A model generated the notes under the pieces. It was not told the origin of the DNA and did not search any database. It saw nothing but the letters and a program-made list of their open reading frames with translations. A stretch of 44,640 bases of DNA from an uncultured Acidobacteriota bacterium. Lineage in GTDB: Bacteria; Acidobacteriota; HRBIN11; JAKEFK01. The position numbers and the translations under genes were made by a program. Every line of letters starts with the position of its first letter. Position 1 is the first letter of the stretch. The DNA is taken from positions 1 to 44,640 of the forward strand of contig CAZDDB010000003.1 in assembly GCA_964504105.1 (NCBI GenBank). Reading direction: 5' to 3'. Positions 10,139-18,963 of the stretch are shown here, in pieces.

Positions 10139-11385
10139 GACACCATTTTTCCACGGTGTGGGAAGCTTTGCAGCAAGCATTTGTCTCGCTCCGCACAAAC
10201 AAGCTCCGTTCGTTTCTCACGACCCTTGGAATTGTGATCGGCGTGATGACCGTCATCGGAATGGTCGCCATCATCCAGGGGTTGAACGCCACGATGATCA
10301 CGCAGCTTCAATCCATGGGACCGCACCTGGTTCAGTTCCAGAAAGATGAGGCGGTAAACTTCGGACGTCCTTCTCAAGAAGTGCGGATGCGCAAGCCGCT
10401 CTACTATGAAGATGCCGTTGCCATTCGTGAGCTCTCTCCCGCCATTCTTTCGGTTTCGCCGGAAGCGTACAACTATAACACCACCATGAAGTACCGGGAT
10501 CAAGAAACAACGGAAATGGCATTTGCGGGTGTGGAACCGACATTTGACGAATGCAACAACACCTTTGTGGACTCGGGCCGCTTTCTCACGGATGCCGATG
10601 TGGAGCATGCAACGTTTGTTATCGTCATCGGTGATGACATCGCGCGCGCACTCTTTCCAGGCGGAGTGGACCCGATCGATAAAATGGTCCTGGCAAACGG
10701 ACACAAGTTCCGTGTCGTAGGAAAATTCGAAAAGAAAGGGACCAGCTTCGGGGGTGGAAGCAACGATAGGTATGTGGTCATTCCGATTCCCACATATTTC
10801 AAGCTGTTTCCCGACGTCTATCGCGAAACCGGCGTCAATATTGCCACGATTCCCAGATCCCCGGAGCTGGTGTCGGCTGCAATCGATCAGGGAACCACAG
10901 TATTGCGCCGAAGACGAGGCTTGCGGGCAGACCAGGAAAACGATTTCGGGATCCTGACCCCGGACAACATGATCGAAACGTACAATCAGATTACAGGCGC
11001 CATTTATCTCGTCATGATTGTCATCTCTTCCATCGGATTGATGGTGGGCGGAGTGGGGGTAATGAACATCATGCTGGTTTCCGTGAAAGAACGAACGCGC
11101 GAAATCGGATTGCGCAAAGCGCTGGGCGCGCGAAGCCGCGACATCCTGTGGCAGTTCTTGATTGAAGCAGTCATCCTTTGTGGAATTGGCGGTGTGCTCG
11201 GAATCGCTGTCGGCACGCTGGTTGCGATGCTTGTGAAAGCAGTATCGCCGCTGCCCGCACAGGTTTCTCCCGGAGCCGTGATTGCTGCAATCAGCGTATC
11301 CTCTGCCGTCGGTTTATTCTTTGGCCTATACCCCGCACGAAAAGCCGCGCGCCAGGATCCGATTCTCGCTCTGCACTACGAATAG
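10135..11385 (+). CDS. ABC transporter permease, FtsX/MacB type (second paralog)
   Basis: 416 aa with the same architecture (KERTREIGLRKALGARSRDILWQFLIEA). Confidence 0.85.
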   Translation: MRHHFSTVWEALQQAFVSLRTNKLRSFLTTLGIVIGVMTVIGMVAIIQGLNATMITQLQSMGPHLVQFQKDEAVNFGRPSQEVRMRKPLYYEDAVAIRELSPAILSVSPEAYNYNTTMKYRDQETTEMAFAGVEPTFDECNNTFVDSGRFLTDADVEHATFVIVIGDDIARALFPGGVDPIDKMVLANGHKFRVVGKFEKKGTSFGGGSNDRYVVIPIPTYFKLFPDVYRETGVNIATIPRSPELVSAAIDQGTTVLRRRRGLRADQENDFGILTPDNMIETYNQITGAIYLVMIVISSIGLMVGGVGVMNIMLVSVKERTREIGLRKALGARSRDILWQFLIEAVILCGIGGVLGIAVGTLVAMLVKAVSPLPAQVSPGAVIAAISVSSAVGLFFGLYPARKAARQDPILALHYE

Positions 11386-11387
11386 GA

Positions 11388-11513
11388 ATTCACCGCAGAG
11401 ACGCGGAGAACGCAGAGTTAAGAAGAAAAAGAATATTGGAACCACAGATGAACACGGATAAACTACAATTTTTCATTTCCTATCTCTGCGTACTCTGCGC
11501 CTCCGCGGTGAAT
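11388..11513. repeat. REP-like element family B (30-nt imperfect inverted arms, ~66-nt spacer)
   Basis: ATTCACCGCAGAGACGCGGAGAACGCAGAG (11388..11417) versus CTCTGCGTACTCTGCGCCTCCGCGGTGAAT (11484..11513), about 4 mismatches. Right-arm half-copy at 23133..23177. Confidence 0.75.
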
Positions 11514-11542
11514 CCTAAGTGAATCCGATACAATAGTCGCTT

Positions 11543-12805
11543 ATGGTGCGGAAACTGGCGCGAATCATAGTCACGACATTCTTTCGTGATATTACCCTGG
11601 AAGGAAGGGAGCATCTTCCGAAAGACAGACCGGTGATCTTCACACCGAATCATCCAAACGGATTGCTGGATCCAATGCTCCTTTACTGCCTTCCTTCGCT
11701 GATCCGGCTCAGATTCGTGGCGAAAGCTCCGTTGTTCAAGATTCCGGTATTTGGCGGTATTTTGCGATCCGCAGGCGCCATCCCTGTGGAACGCCGGTTT
11801 GAAGCAAGCGGCGAAGTCGATTACACCGCTTTTTTCTCAGCCTGTGTAGATGCTCTGTCACGCGGTGATTCCGTGGTGATATTTCCCGAGGGGCGGTCCC
11901 TGGCGCAAGCGTATCTTGCTCCGCTGAAAACCGGTCCTGCACGGCTCTTTTTTCTGGCGCATGAAAAGGGGATTCATCCACGGATTGTTCCCGTAGGTCT
12001 GAACTATGAACGGGGATACACGTTCCGAACTACAGTATTAGTTTCTATCGCAAAGCCGGTGGACACACAACCGTTTGAATTGCAGTATGGCATTGCCCGC
12101 AAAGAGGCGGTTCGCGATCTGACCGGTGAAATCGCAACCACACTTCAGAATCATGTGCTGCAGGCGGAAACATATCGCGACAAGGAGCTGATGGTACTGC
12201 TGGAGCGTCTTTATGGACAGAGCGAAGCGGAGGAATTTGGACCGGACCGTTTTTCGCGGCTCAAGGACTTTGAACGGGGCCTCGCCCGATTGCGGCATTC
12301 CTGTCCCAAAGAAATTGACCGGCTCCGGTTGCTGCTGGCTCGCTATCGGCGGCTTTCCGCAGCATTTGGGGCGGAAGAAGCACCTCGTAAAACGCAGCAA
12401 CGCTCCATTCTCTCTCTGCTGGCCGGCCTCACTGGATGGATCCCCGCGCTTTCTGGATGCATCCTCAACTACGTTCCTTACAAGCTGACCGACATTCTAG
12501 TCCGCTTCACGAGACGTGACGAATCGGACCTGGCCACATTTAAAGTCATTACCTCCTTGTTTCTCTTTCCCTTTTTCTACATTCTGGAGGGGCTTGGCAT
12601 TCGCCATTTCTTCGGTTCTATTCCTTTGATTCTTTTTGCGCTGCTCATTGTGCCGGTCAGCTACTTTACGGTCGGCTTTCTGGAATGGTGGGAGCGGGAA
12701 CAAAGAGGGAGTGTATCCGCGAAGGTTTCCAAACCGTTGGAACGGCTGCAAAAAAGAATCCTCGCGGAAGTCCAAACACTTGCCGCTCGCCCTGAGCTGA
12801 GGTAA
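11543..12805 (+). CDS. lysophospholipid/glycerol-3-phosphate acyltransferase (PlsC family) with C-terminal membrane region
   Basis: HX4D motif FTPNHPNGLLDP and VVIFPEGRS block. C-terminal TMs. Confidence 0.8.
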   Translation: MVRKLARIIVTTFFRDITLEGREHLPKDRPVIFTPNHPNGLLDPMLLYCLPSLIRLRFVAKAPLFKIPVFGGILRSAGAIPVERRFEASGEVDYTAFFSACVDALSRGDSVVIFPEGRSLAQAYLAPLKTGPARLFFLAHEKGIHPRIVPVGLNYERGYTFRTTVLVSIAKPVDTQPFELQYGIARKEAVRDLTGEIATTLQNHVLQAETYRDKELMVLLERLYGQSEAEEFGPDRFSRLKDFERGLARLRHSCPKEIDRLRLLLARYRRLSAAFGAEEAPRKTQQRSILSLLAGLTGWIPALSGCILNYVPYKLTDILVRFTRRDESDLATFKVITSLFLFPFFYILEGLGIRHFFGSIPLILFALLIVPVSYFTVGFLEWWEREQRGSVSAKVSKPLERLQKRILAEVQTLAARPELR

Positions 12806-12808
12806 TCC

Positions 12809-13915
12809 GTGAACGCCGGCATCTACGTGCATCTTCCCTTTTGCAAGGTGCGCTGCGCCTATTGTGATTTCCCGCTGACAACCCGGCTGTCGCTCTCGCA
12901 ACGGTATTACACAGCCTTGCTCAGGGAGATCGCTCTAAATCCGTCAACACGATGTGCAGACACACTTTATTTTGGAGGCGGCACACCTTCACTGACCCCA
13001 CCGGAAATTATTCTGGAAATTAAACGGAGGTTCCTGCTGGAGAAAGATGCAGAGGTGACACTGGAAGCGAATCCGGACGACATCGAACAGGAAATTGCGC
13101 AGACATGGAAACAGATTGGGATTACGCGCCTCAGTATCGGGGTTCAGTCCCTGGAGGAACTTGTTCTGCACGGAATGCTGCGACAGCATTCAGCGGCACG
13201 AGCGCTCGACGCATTCCGCCTGGCAAGGAACGCCGGTTTTGAGAACATCAACGTGGATTTGATTGCAGGCTATCCTCAACAAACAGTGCGCGGGTTCCTG
13301 GATGGGGTGCAGACACTGATGGAACTGCGCCCCGATCATTTTTCAATCTATCTACTGGAAACGGATCACAGGACTGCACTCGCCCGGCAACTCGATTCCG
13401 GGAAGGTGCAACTTATGCCTGAAGAGGATCAATTGCATTGCTTTGCCGAAGCGATCCGGTACCGGCAAGATACTGGATATTGCCATTACGAAGTGTCCAA
13501 CTTTGCGCTTCCGGGGCTCGAATCGCGACACAATCTCAAATACTGGTCCGATGCTCCCTACCATGCGTACGGAGCAGGAGCTTGTTCCTATGTGGAGCCA
13601 ATTCGCACAACCAACTTCAGCGGTGTCATTGAGTATGTGGAAGCGTTGGAAACCGGAAAGCTTCCTGTTCAAAGCAGTACTGTCGAAGACCGGGATACAC
13701 GAATCCGAAATGCGTTGATTTTCGGTCTGAGAAAACGCGACGGAATTCATTTGCCGGAATTTGAGAGGAGGTACGGAGTACCCGCAGTTTCTCTGTTCCC
13801 TGCCAACGCAAAGGAATTTTTCGAAACGGGTCTCCTGGAAATCCGGGGAACGCATTTGCGGCTGACCTTTTCAGGAATGATGGTTTCCAATGATATCCTC
13901 CATACCGTTTTGTAA
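12809..13915 (+). CDS. hemW: radical SAM heme chaperone HemW (coproporphyrinogen III oxidase-like)
   Basis: GTG start. IYVHLPFCKVRCAYCDF (CX3CX2C), GGGTPS, HemN_C-like tail. Confidence 0.85.
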   Translation: MNAGIYVHLPFCKVRCAYCDFPLTTRLSLSQRYYTALLREIALNPSTRCADTLYFGGGTPSLTPPEIILEIKRRFLLEKDAEVTLEANPDDIEQEIAQTWKQIGITRLSIGVQSLEELVLHGMLRQHSAARALDAFRLARNAGFENINVDLIAGYPQQTVRGFLDGVQTLMELRPDHFSIYLLETDHRTALARQLDSGKVQLMPEEDQLHCFAEAIRYRQDTGYCHYEVSNFALPGLESRHNLKYWSDAPYHAYGAGACSYVEPIRTTNFSGVIEYVEALETGKLPVQSSTVEDRDTRIRNALIFGLRKRDGIHLPEFERRYGVPAVSLFPANAKEFFETGLLEIRGTHLRLTFSGMMVSNDILHTVL

Positions 13916-13926
13916 AAAAGTGTGGT

Positions 13927-14004
13927 AGGGGGCGGGCCTCCGTGCCCACCATCTGCGACGTGGTAGAATTTCCAGACGCGGGCGGGCACGGAGGCCCGCC
14001 CCCT
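13927..14004. repeat. REP-like hairpin family A (21-bp perfect inverted repeat, 36-nt loop)
   Basis: AGGGGGCGGGCCTCCGTGCCC (13927..13947) and its exact reverse complement (13984..14004), between the hemW stop and ku. Confidence 0.85.
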
Positions 14005-14097
14005 CCAAAAAGACCAGGGGCATGCTTGCTTGTGATATGATAGTTGTCGTATTATAGCTGTGTTGGTTTGCCAGGAATTAAAAATCAGGGGGATTCT

Positions 14098-14919
14098 GTG
14101 GCTACAGCAGTCTGGACCGGAACCGTAACTTTCGGGTTGGTTTCCATACCCGTAAAGCTTTTCAGCGCGACAACTTCGCATAATGTTTCCTTCAATTTGC
14201 TCCACCGTGAGTGCAAAGGACGCATCAACCTTCAAAACTGGTGTCCGACCTGCGAAAAAGTTGTAGAACGTTCGGACCTTGTAAAGGGTTACCAGTACGA
14301 AAAAGACCAGTACGTGGTGGTGGAAGATGAAGACATAAACAGCGTTAAACCGGAAGCCAGCTCCATGATGGAGATCACCCAGTTCATCGATGCCGGCGAA
14401 GTGGATCCGATTTACTTCGAGAAGACCTATTACATTGGTCCCGACAAAGGGAGCGAGAAGACATTTGCGTTGCTGACCACAGCAATGAAAGAGACAAGCA
14501 AGGCCGCGCTGGGAAAGCTGGTAATGCGCAACCACGAGTATCTCGCATTGATCCGTCCAGCGATGGATGGTCTGGTCATGCATTTCATGCTCTATTTGGA
14601 TGAAATCCGGGAAAATGAAAACCGGGTCAGTGACGGCATTGAAATGCGTCCTAAGGAAATCCAACTGGCGAGACAGCTGATCGACAATCTCAGCGAAGCT
14701 TTTGACCCTGAAAAATTCAAGGACGACTACATCCAGAAAGTCGAAGAAATGCTGGAAGCAAAAATGAAGGGACGAAAACTGACCGTCGTCACACCAAAGG
14801 CAAAGCCCAAAGTTGTTGACTTGATGGAAGCCTTACAAAAGAGCGTCCTGCAAACCAAACGGCCCGCCGCCCGTGCCGGGGAAGGACGGGCACCCGCGCG
14901 ACTGAAAAAGGTCAAGTAA
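14098..14919 (+). CDS. ku: Ku protein (non-homologous end joining)
   Basis: Inner GTG (AGGGGG 7 nt upstream) of ORF 14044..14919. AVWTGTVTFGLVSIPVKLFSAT, DLVKGYQYEKDQYVVV, and a basic C-terminal tail. Confidence 0.9.
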   Translation: MATAVWTGTVTFGLVSIPVKLFSATTSHNVSFNLLHRECKGRINLQNWCPTCEKVVERSDLVKGYQYEKDQYVVVEDEDINSVKPEASSMMEITQFIDAGEVDPIYFEKTYYIGPDKGSEKTFALLTTAMKETSKAALGKLVMRNHEYLALIRPAMDGLVMHFMLYLDEIRENENRVSDGIEMRPKEIQLARQLIDNLSEAFDPEKFKDDYIQKVEEMLEAKMKGRKLTVVTPKAKPKVVDLMEALQKSVLQTKRPAARAGEGRAPARLKKVK

Positions 14920-14982
14920 TCTCCCTGAAAAGATTCGATTGACAGAATCCAACTAAACAAGTGATACCGTATCTATGTACGG

Positions 14983-15011
14983 TTGAAAACAAACGGGTCA
15001 ATTTATATATT
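14983..15011 (+). promoter_or_regulatory. sigma70-like promoter candidate TTGAAA-N17-TATATT
   Basis: -35 at 14983..14988 and -10 at 15006..15011. Followed by GGAGG (15021..15025) and ATG 15033. Confidence 0.5.
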
Positions 15012-15032
15012 TGCACAAATGGAGGTTCATAG

Positions 15033-15398
15033 ATGACAAAGAAGTATGCTGCAATGTTTGCCCTTCTGGCCCTTTTAGTTGCGGGCGCAGGCTTGCTGAG
15101 AGCTGCTGAAGGGGGATCAGGTTCGTGGACAGGCGAAGTGATTGATGTGGCCTGTTATGCGACCCACGGATCCAAAGGCGCGGATCATATGGAGTGCGGA
15201 GCCAAGTGTGTAAAAGCCGGTCTGCCGGTAGGGTTGCTTGTAAATGGAACAACCTATCTGTTGATCAACTCCGATCACACGCCGTTGAACGAAAAGTTGG
15301 CCGCTCATGTAGGTCACACCGTCACAGTGAACGGAACCAAACATGAGTCTCCCGGCGCCAACGTGATCGTTGTGAAAGACTGGGCAATGGCCAAATAA
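15033..15398 (+). CDS. small secreted Cys/His-containing protein, unknown function
   Basis: Signal peptide MTKKYAAMFALLALLVAGAGLLRA. Mature part contains DVACYATHGSKGADHMECGAKCVKAG. Has its own promoter candidate, a strong SD and a terminator. Confidence 0.6.
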   Translation: MTKKYAAMFALLALLVAGAGLLRAAEGGSGSWTGEVIDVACYATHGSKGADHMECGAKCVKAGLPVGLLVNGTTYLLINSDHTPLNEKLAAHVGHTVTVNGTKHESPGANVIVVKDWAMAK

Positions 15399-15418
15399 TT
15401 CTTCCGCAGTTTCACAAG

Positions 15419-15453
15419 AAGCCGCTCCTCGACCGGGGAGCGGCTTTCTTTTT
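15419..15453 (+). terminator. rho-independent terminator
   Basis: AAGCCGCTCC / GGAGCGGCTT 10-bp stem, 8-nt loop, then TCTTTTTG. Starts 21 nt after the stop at 15398. Confidence 0.8.
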
Positions 15454-15553
15454 GTAGCGCCGGGGCCTCGCACCCCGGACGAGGTTCTTGCGGTTTGATC
15501 CCGCGCTTTGCGTCGTGGCGAGAAACAGCTATCCTTATCGCTTGGAGAAAACA

Positions 15554-16480
15554 ATGGAAAAAGTCATCATCCTTGGATCCGGTTGCGCAGGTTACACCGC
15601 AGGCGTCTACGCTTCACGAGCAAACCTAAATCCCCTGATGCTGGCGGGGATCGATCTGGGCGGCCAGCTTGCGTTGACGACGGATGTGGAGAACTACCCG
15701 GGATTTCCTCAGGGTATTCTGGGGCCGAAACTGATGCAGATGATGAAGGATCAGGCGGAACGTTTCGGGACCAGAATTGTTTACGACAGGGCAACGGAAG
15801 TTGATCTCAAGCGAAAGCCGTTTCTTGTAAAGACTGCTGAAGCGCAATATGAGACGCAGACACTGATCATTTGCACCGGGGCTTCTCCGCGAAAGTTGGG
15901 AGTTCCAGGAGAACAGAAATATTCCGGTTACGGGGTTTCCTATTGCGCAACTTGTGATGGCGCCTTTTTCAAAAACCTGGAGCTGGTTGTGATTGGCGGC
16001 GGTGATACGGCGATGGAGGAATCGATCTTCCTGACACGCTACGCGAGCCGCGTGTATGTTGTGCACCGGCGCGATTCCCTGCGCGCCAGCAAGATCATGC
16101 AGGAACGCGCTCTCAAGAATCCAAAGATCGAATTTATCTGGAACAGCGCGGTGACCGAAGTCCTTGGAAATGAACAGAAATCTGTAACTGATGTGCGGAT
16201 CAAGAACCTGAAAAATAACGAAGAGATGACCCGTGCGATTGGGGGTGTATTTGTGGCGATCGGACATGATCCGAACACACAACTTTTTCGTGGCCAGTTA
16301 ACACTGGACGAAAACGGCTACATCATCGCAAATGAACGACAACACACCAACATCGAAGGCGTATACGCAGCCGGTGACGCACAGGATCACGTATATCGGC
16401 AGGCAGTCACTGCAGCCGGCACCGGATGCGCCGCAGCAATCGAAGCAGAACGATATCTATCAGAGCTAGAAAGCAGATAG
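15554..16480 (+). CDS. trxB: thioredoxin-disulfide reductase
   Basis: Inner ATG (GGAGA upstream) of ORF 15488..16480. GSGCAGYTAG, redox-active CATCDG, GGGDTAMEE. Confidence 0.92.
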   Translation: MEKVIILGSGCAGYTAGVYASRANLNPLMLAGIDLGGQLALTTDVENYPGFPQGILGPKLMQMMKDQAERFGTRIVYDRATEVDLKRKPFLVKTAEAQYETQTLIICTGASPRKLGVPGEQKYSGYGVSYCATCDGAFFKNLELVVIGGGDTAMEESIFLTRYASRVYVVHRRDSLRASKIMQERALKNPKIEFIWNSAVTEVLGNEQKSVTDVRIKNLKNNEEMTRAIGGVFVAIGHDPNTQLFRGQLTLDENGYIIANERQHTNIEGVYAAGDAQDHVYRQAVTAAGTGCAAAIEAERYLSELESR

Positions 16481-16555
16481 AAAGGATTCACCACAAAGGC
16501 AAAAACATGAGAAACGCGAGGATGGAAGATAGAGGATCTCCACGAGTTCTGGCAC

Positions 16556-17161
16556 TCATTGATTGGACTTTGCGTGGAGCTGGGCAAGGGCCTGCTTGAC
16601 CGCGTTGGCAACTTTTGGATCAGGGTCTTGCGCTGCTTCCGTCAGGGCGTCCAGAGCGCGAATATCTCGAAGCTTCCCTAGAGCGCTGGCCGCGCGCAAG
16701 CGGACCAAGTCCTCCTCATCTTTCAGAGCAGAAATCAGCGCCTCAGCGGCAGCCGGACCGCCCACTTCACCCAGCCGGACGGCCGCAATTTCTCTCAGTT
16801 CCGCACTGTTAAAACGGATCGCTTCGAGAATCGGCTCAACTGTATTCGCGCTTTTTACCATGGCGGTGAGCGCTTCCTTCTGAACTTCCCAGCTTGAATC
16901 TCTTGATGCGGAAACAAGAGCCTCTTCCACCTGTGGGTCTTTCAACTTCGCCAGACCCTGAACCGCATAAACACGCACCCCTGCGTTTTCATCTTTCAGG
17001 GCAATCAGCAACCCTGGAATACATTCCGGGGTTCCAAGTTCCTTGAGCGCTTCGGCGGCCTCCTTGCGGATCTCCACTTTTTTGTATTCCAGCGCTTTGA
17101 TCAGACCATTCCAATCGCGCTTTTCTTTCAGCCTGGCTACATTTGGCGCAAATAAAGGCAT
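16556..17161 (-). CDS. HEAT-repeat (PBS-lyase-like) protein
   Basis: Repeated units of the type ALKDENAGVRVYAVQGLAKLKDP and ALKDEEDLVRLRAASALGKLRD. The ATG directly follows the EtfBA stop (TGAATG). Confidence 0.8.
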   Translation of the reverse strand: MPLFAPNVARLKEKRDWNGLIKALEYKKVEIRKEAAEALKELGTPECIPGLLIALKDENAGVRVYAVQGLAKLKDPQVEEALVSASRDSSWEVQKEALTAMVKSANTVEPILEAIRFNSAELREIAAVRLGEVGGPAAAEALISALKDEEDLVRLRAASALGKLRDIRALDALTEAAQDPDPKVANAVKQALAQLHAKSNQ

Positions 17162-18946
17162 TCATCCCTCCAAGATTTTGATCATGGCTTTGCCAATGGA
17201 AACACAATCCCCGGTAACTCCCAGATCACAAACTTTGAAGATCTCTGCATTCGCATCGCTGTTCATCGCAATGATTGTACCGGACTTTTGAATTCCGATT
17301 GTGTGATTGAACCTGCCGCTGACACCCAGGCCGAGATACACACGCGGAGCAACAAACTTCCCCGTGAGACCGACCTGATACTGTCTTGGCATCCAGCCGC
17401 TATCCACTACCCTTCTCGTAGCGCCGGCAGCGCCTCCCAACAGTTCAGACAACCGGAATGCAAGAGGCAGATGATCCTGACCGAGTCCCATTCCTGCGCA
17501 AACAATGACCTCCGCCTGATTCATCTTTGCCGCTTCTTTTCCGGCATCCGTTTCACGGGAAAGAATATGAAAGCGCTTCGAGATTGGATAAGGAAACGTC
17601 CAGGCGATTACCGGTATTTTTCTGGCGGGCCGTGGACGGAAAAGAGGAAGCGCGCCCGGACGGATCGTCGCCATCTGCGGAAATGTGCGACTGTATATAG
17701 GAGCGACGATTGTACCTCCAAAAGCAGGTTTCCACTGCACCAACTTCCCTTCGTGATCTATTTCCAGACCGATGCAGTCACCGGTTAGTCCGAGCTGCAA
17801 ACGACCCGCGATGCGTGGGGCAATCAATTTGCCGGACGATGTTGCTGGAATCAAAACGCAATCCGGTTTCAGCGCGGAGATGCGATCACACAGCAGGGCA
17901 ACTGTTTCATCGGGATGAGGCAAAGTCGCGGTTGCCTGAAGGATCCTGCCTGCGCCATAAGAACTGAGCAACAACAGATCTTCCCTGCCGACAGGCGCCC
18001 CGATCAGAACGGCGGAAACCACTCCTCCGTGTGCGGCTGCGAGACTCGCTGCAGTGGAAAGAATTTCAAGAGACACGGGGCGAACGCGATCTTCCGCATA
18101 CTCGATCAAGCACCAGAACTGCCGATCGCTTGTGCCGGTTTTTTCAGGAACGATAGGCGGTTCAACGTTTTGTGATTTCCTGCGTATCAACTGAAGGATC
18201 GTCTGCGCTGCAATTGTTGCATCCGAACCGTCGATGATCTCCGGTCTCCGCTCAACCCGTTGTTCTTGAATGCCCGCCACCCAGGTGGGTGAACCTGACA
18301 ATCCAACCGCTTCCGGCGCCATCCCCAAATCCTCCAGCGTCCACGTCGTGATTTTTTCCGCAGGCGCAGTAGAAAGCGCAACATCTTTCACCTTAATCGG
18401 TTTGATCAGGCGCTCGGCTGTGGAAAGCACAGCAGGCAGAGGAAGTTCAAGTATCTCTATTCCGTCATCCGTTTCGCACGTAACTCGCACATTGCCCGTC
18501 GCATATTCAATTTTTCTGACGGAAACGACCGATGGTATGCCCAGCAATTCGGCAAGTTCCGGAGGAACCTGGCCTGTTTCAGAATCGGTGCTGTGTTGTC
18601 CGCAAAAGATCAAATCGAAGCCGATTTTCCGGGCGGCGGCGGCAAGGACACGCGATGTGGCAAGCGAATCGCTCCCGGCAAACCGGGTGTCTTCCAGATG
18701 CACCGCGCGGTCAGCCCCCATGATCAGGGATTCCTGCAATGCTTCGCGCGCCTGGGGAGGTCCCATTGTTGCCACAATGACTTCCCCACCGTTCTCGTTT
18801 CTGTAACGGATCGCTTCACTGATCGCCCGGCGGTCGTACGGATTGATCATGTTCTTGACTCCGGTCCGGACGATTGTCTTCTTCTCGCGATCGAAATGGA
18901 TATCGGCGGAGTCGGGAACCTGTTTGATAAAAACCAAAAACCTCAT
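17162..18946 (-). CDS. fused electron transfer flavoprotein, EtfB (N-terminal) plus EtfA (C-terminal)
   Basis: 594 aa. EtfB-like residues 1-256 (MRFLVFIKQVPD, INPYDRRAISEA, CGQHSTDSETGQVPPELAELLGIP). Linker about residues 257-276. EtfA-like C-terminus (GATRRVVDSGWMPRQYQVGLTGKFVAPRVYLGLGVSGRFNHTIGIQKSGTIIAMNSD). Confidence 0.85.
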   Translation of the reverse strand: MRFLVFIKQVPDSADIHFDREKKTIVRTGVKNMINPYDRRAISEAIRYRNENGGEVIVATMGPPQAREALQESLIMGADRAVHLEDTRFAGSDSLATSRVLAAAARKIGFDLIFCGQHSTDSETGQVPPELAELLGIPSVVSVRKIEYATGNVRVTCETDDGIEILELPLPAVLSTAERLIKPIKVKDVALSTAPAEKITTWTLEDLGMAPEAVGLSGSPTWVAGIQEQRVERRPEIIDGSDATIAAQTILQLIRRKSQNVEPPIVPEKTGTSDRQFWCLIEYAEDRVRPVSLEILSTAASLAAAHGGVVSAVLIGAPVGREDLLLLSSYGAGRILQATATLPHPDETVALLCDRISALKPDCVLIPATSSGKLIAPRIAGRLQLGLTGDCIGLEIDHEGKLVQWKPAFGGTIVAPIYSRTFPQMATIRPGALPLFRPRPARKIPVIAWTFPYPISKRFHILSRETDAGKEAAKMNQAEVIVCAGMGLGQDHLPLAFRLSELLGGAAGATRRVVDSGWMPRQYQVGLTGKFVAPRVYLGLGVSGRFNHTIGIQKSGTIIAMNSDANAEIFKVCDLGVTGDCVSIGKAMIKILEG

Positions 18947-18963
18947 AAAAAGGGTAAAATCTT

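Noticed and set aside
9670-10704. 344-aa minus-strand ORF spanning the junction of the two FtsX permease genes
   Set aside because: It is entirely antisense to two plus-strand CDSs with clear FtsX/MacB motifs. Its translation is low-complexity, Arg/His-rich and has no recognisable motif. This is a typical shadow ORF.
13747-14664. 305-aa minus-strand ORF
   Set aside because: It is antisense to the unambiguous Ku CDS and the hemW 3' end, and it runs through the REP hairpin. No motifs were found.
14860-14900. GC-rich stretch resembling REP family A inside the ku 3' end
   Set aside because: The similarity is only partial and there is no inverted partner. It encodes the basic C-terminal tail expected for bacterial Ku.
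14939-14967. Perfect TTGACA downstream of ku
   Set aside because: No acceptable -10 hexamer lies at 16-18 nt (TGATAC at best). The TTGAAA/TATATT pair at 14983..15011 is the better promoter candidate.
15626-16282. 218-aa minus-strand ORF
   Set aside because: It is antisense to trxB, which carries all canonical motifs.
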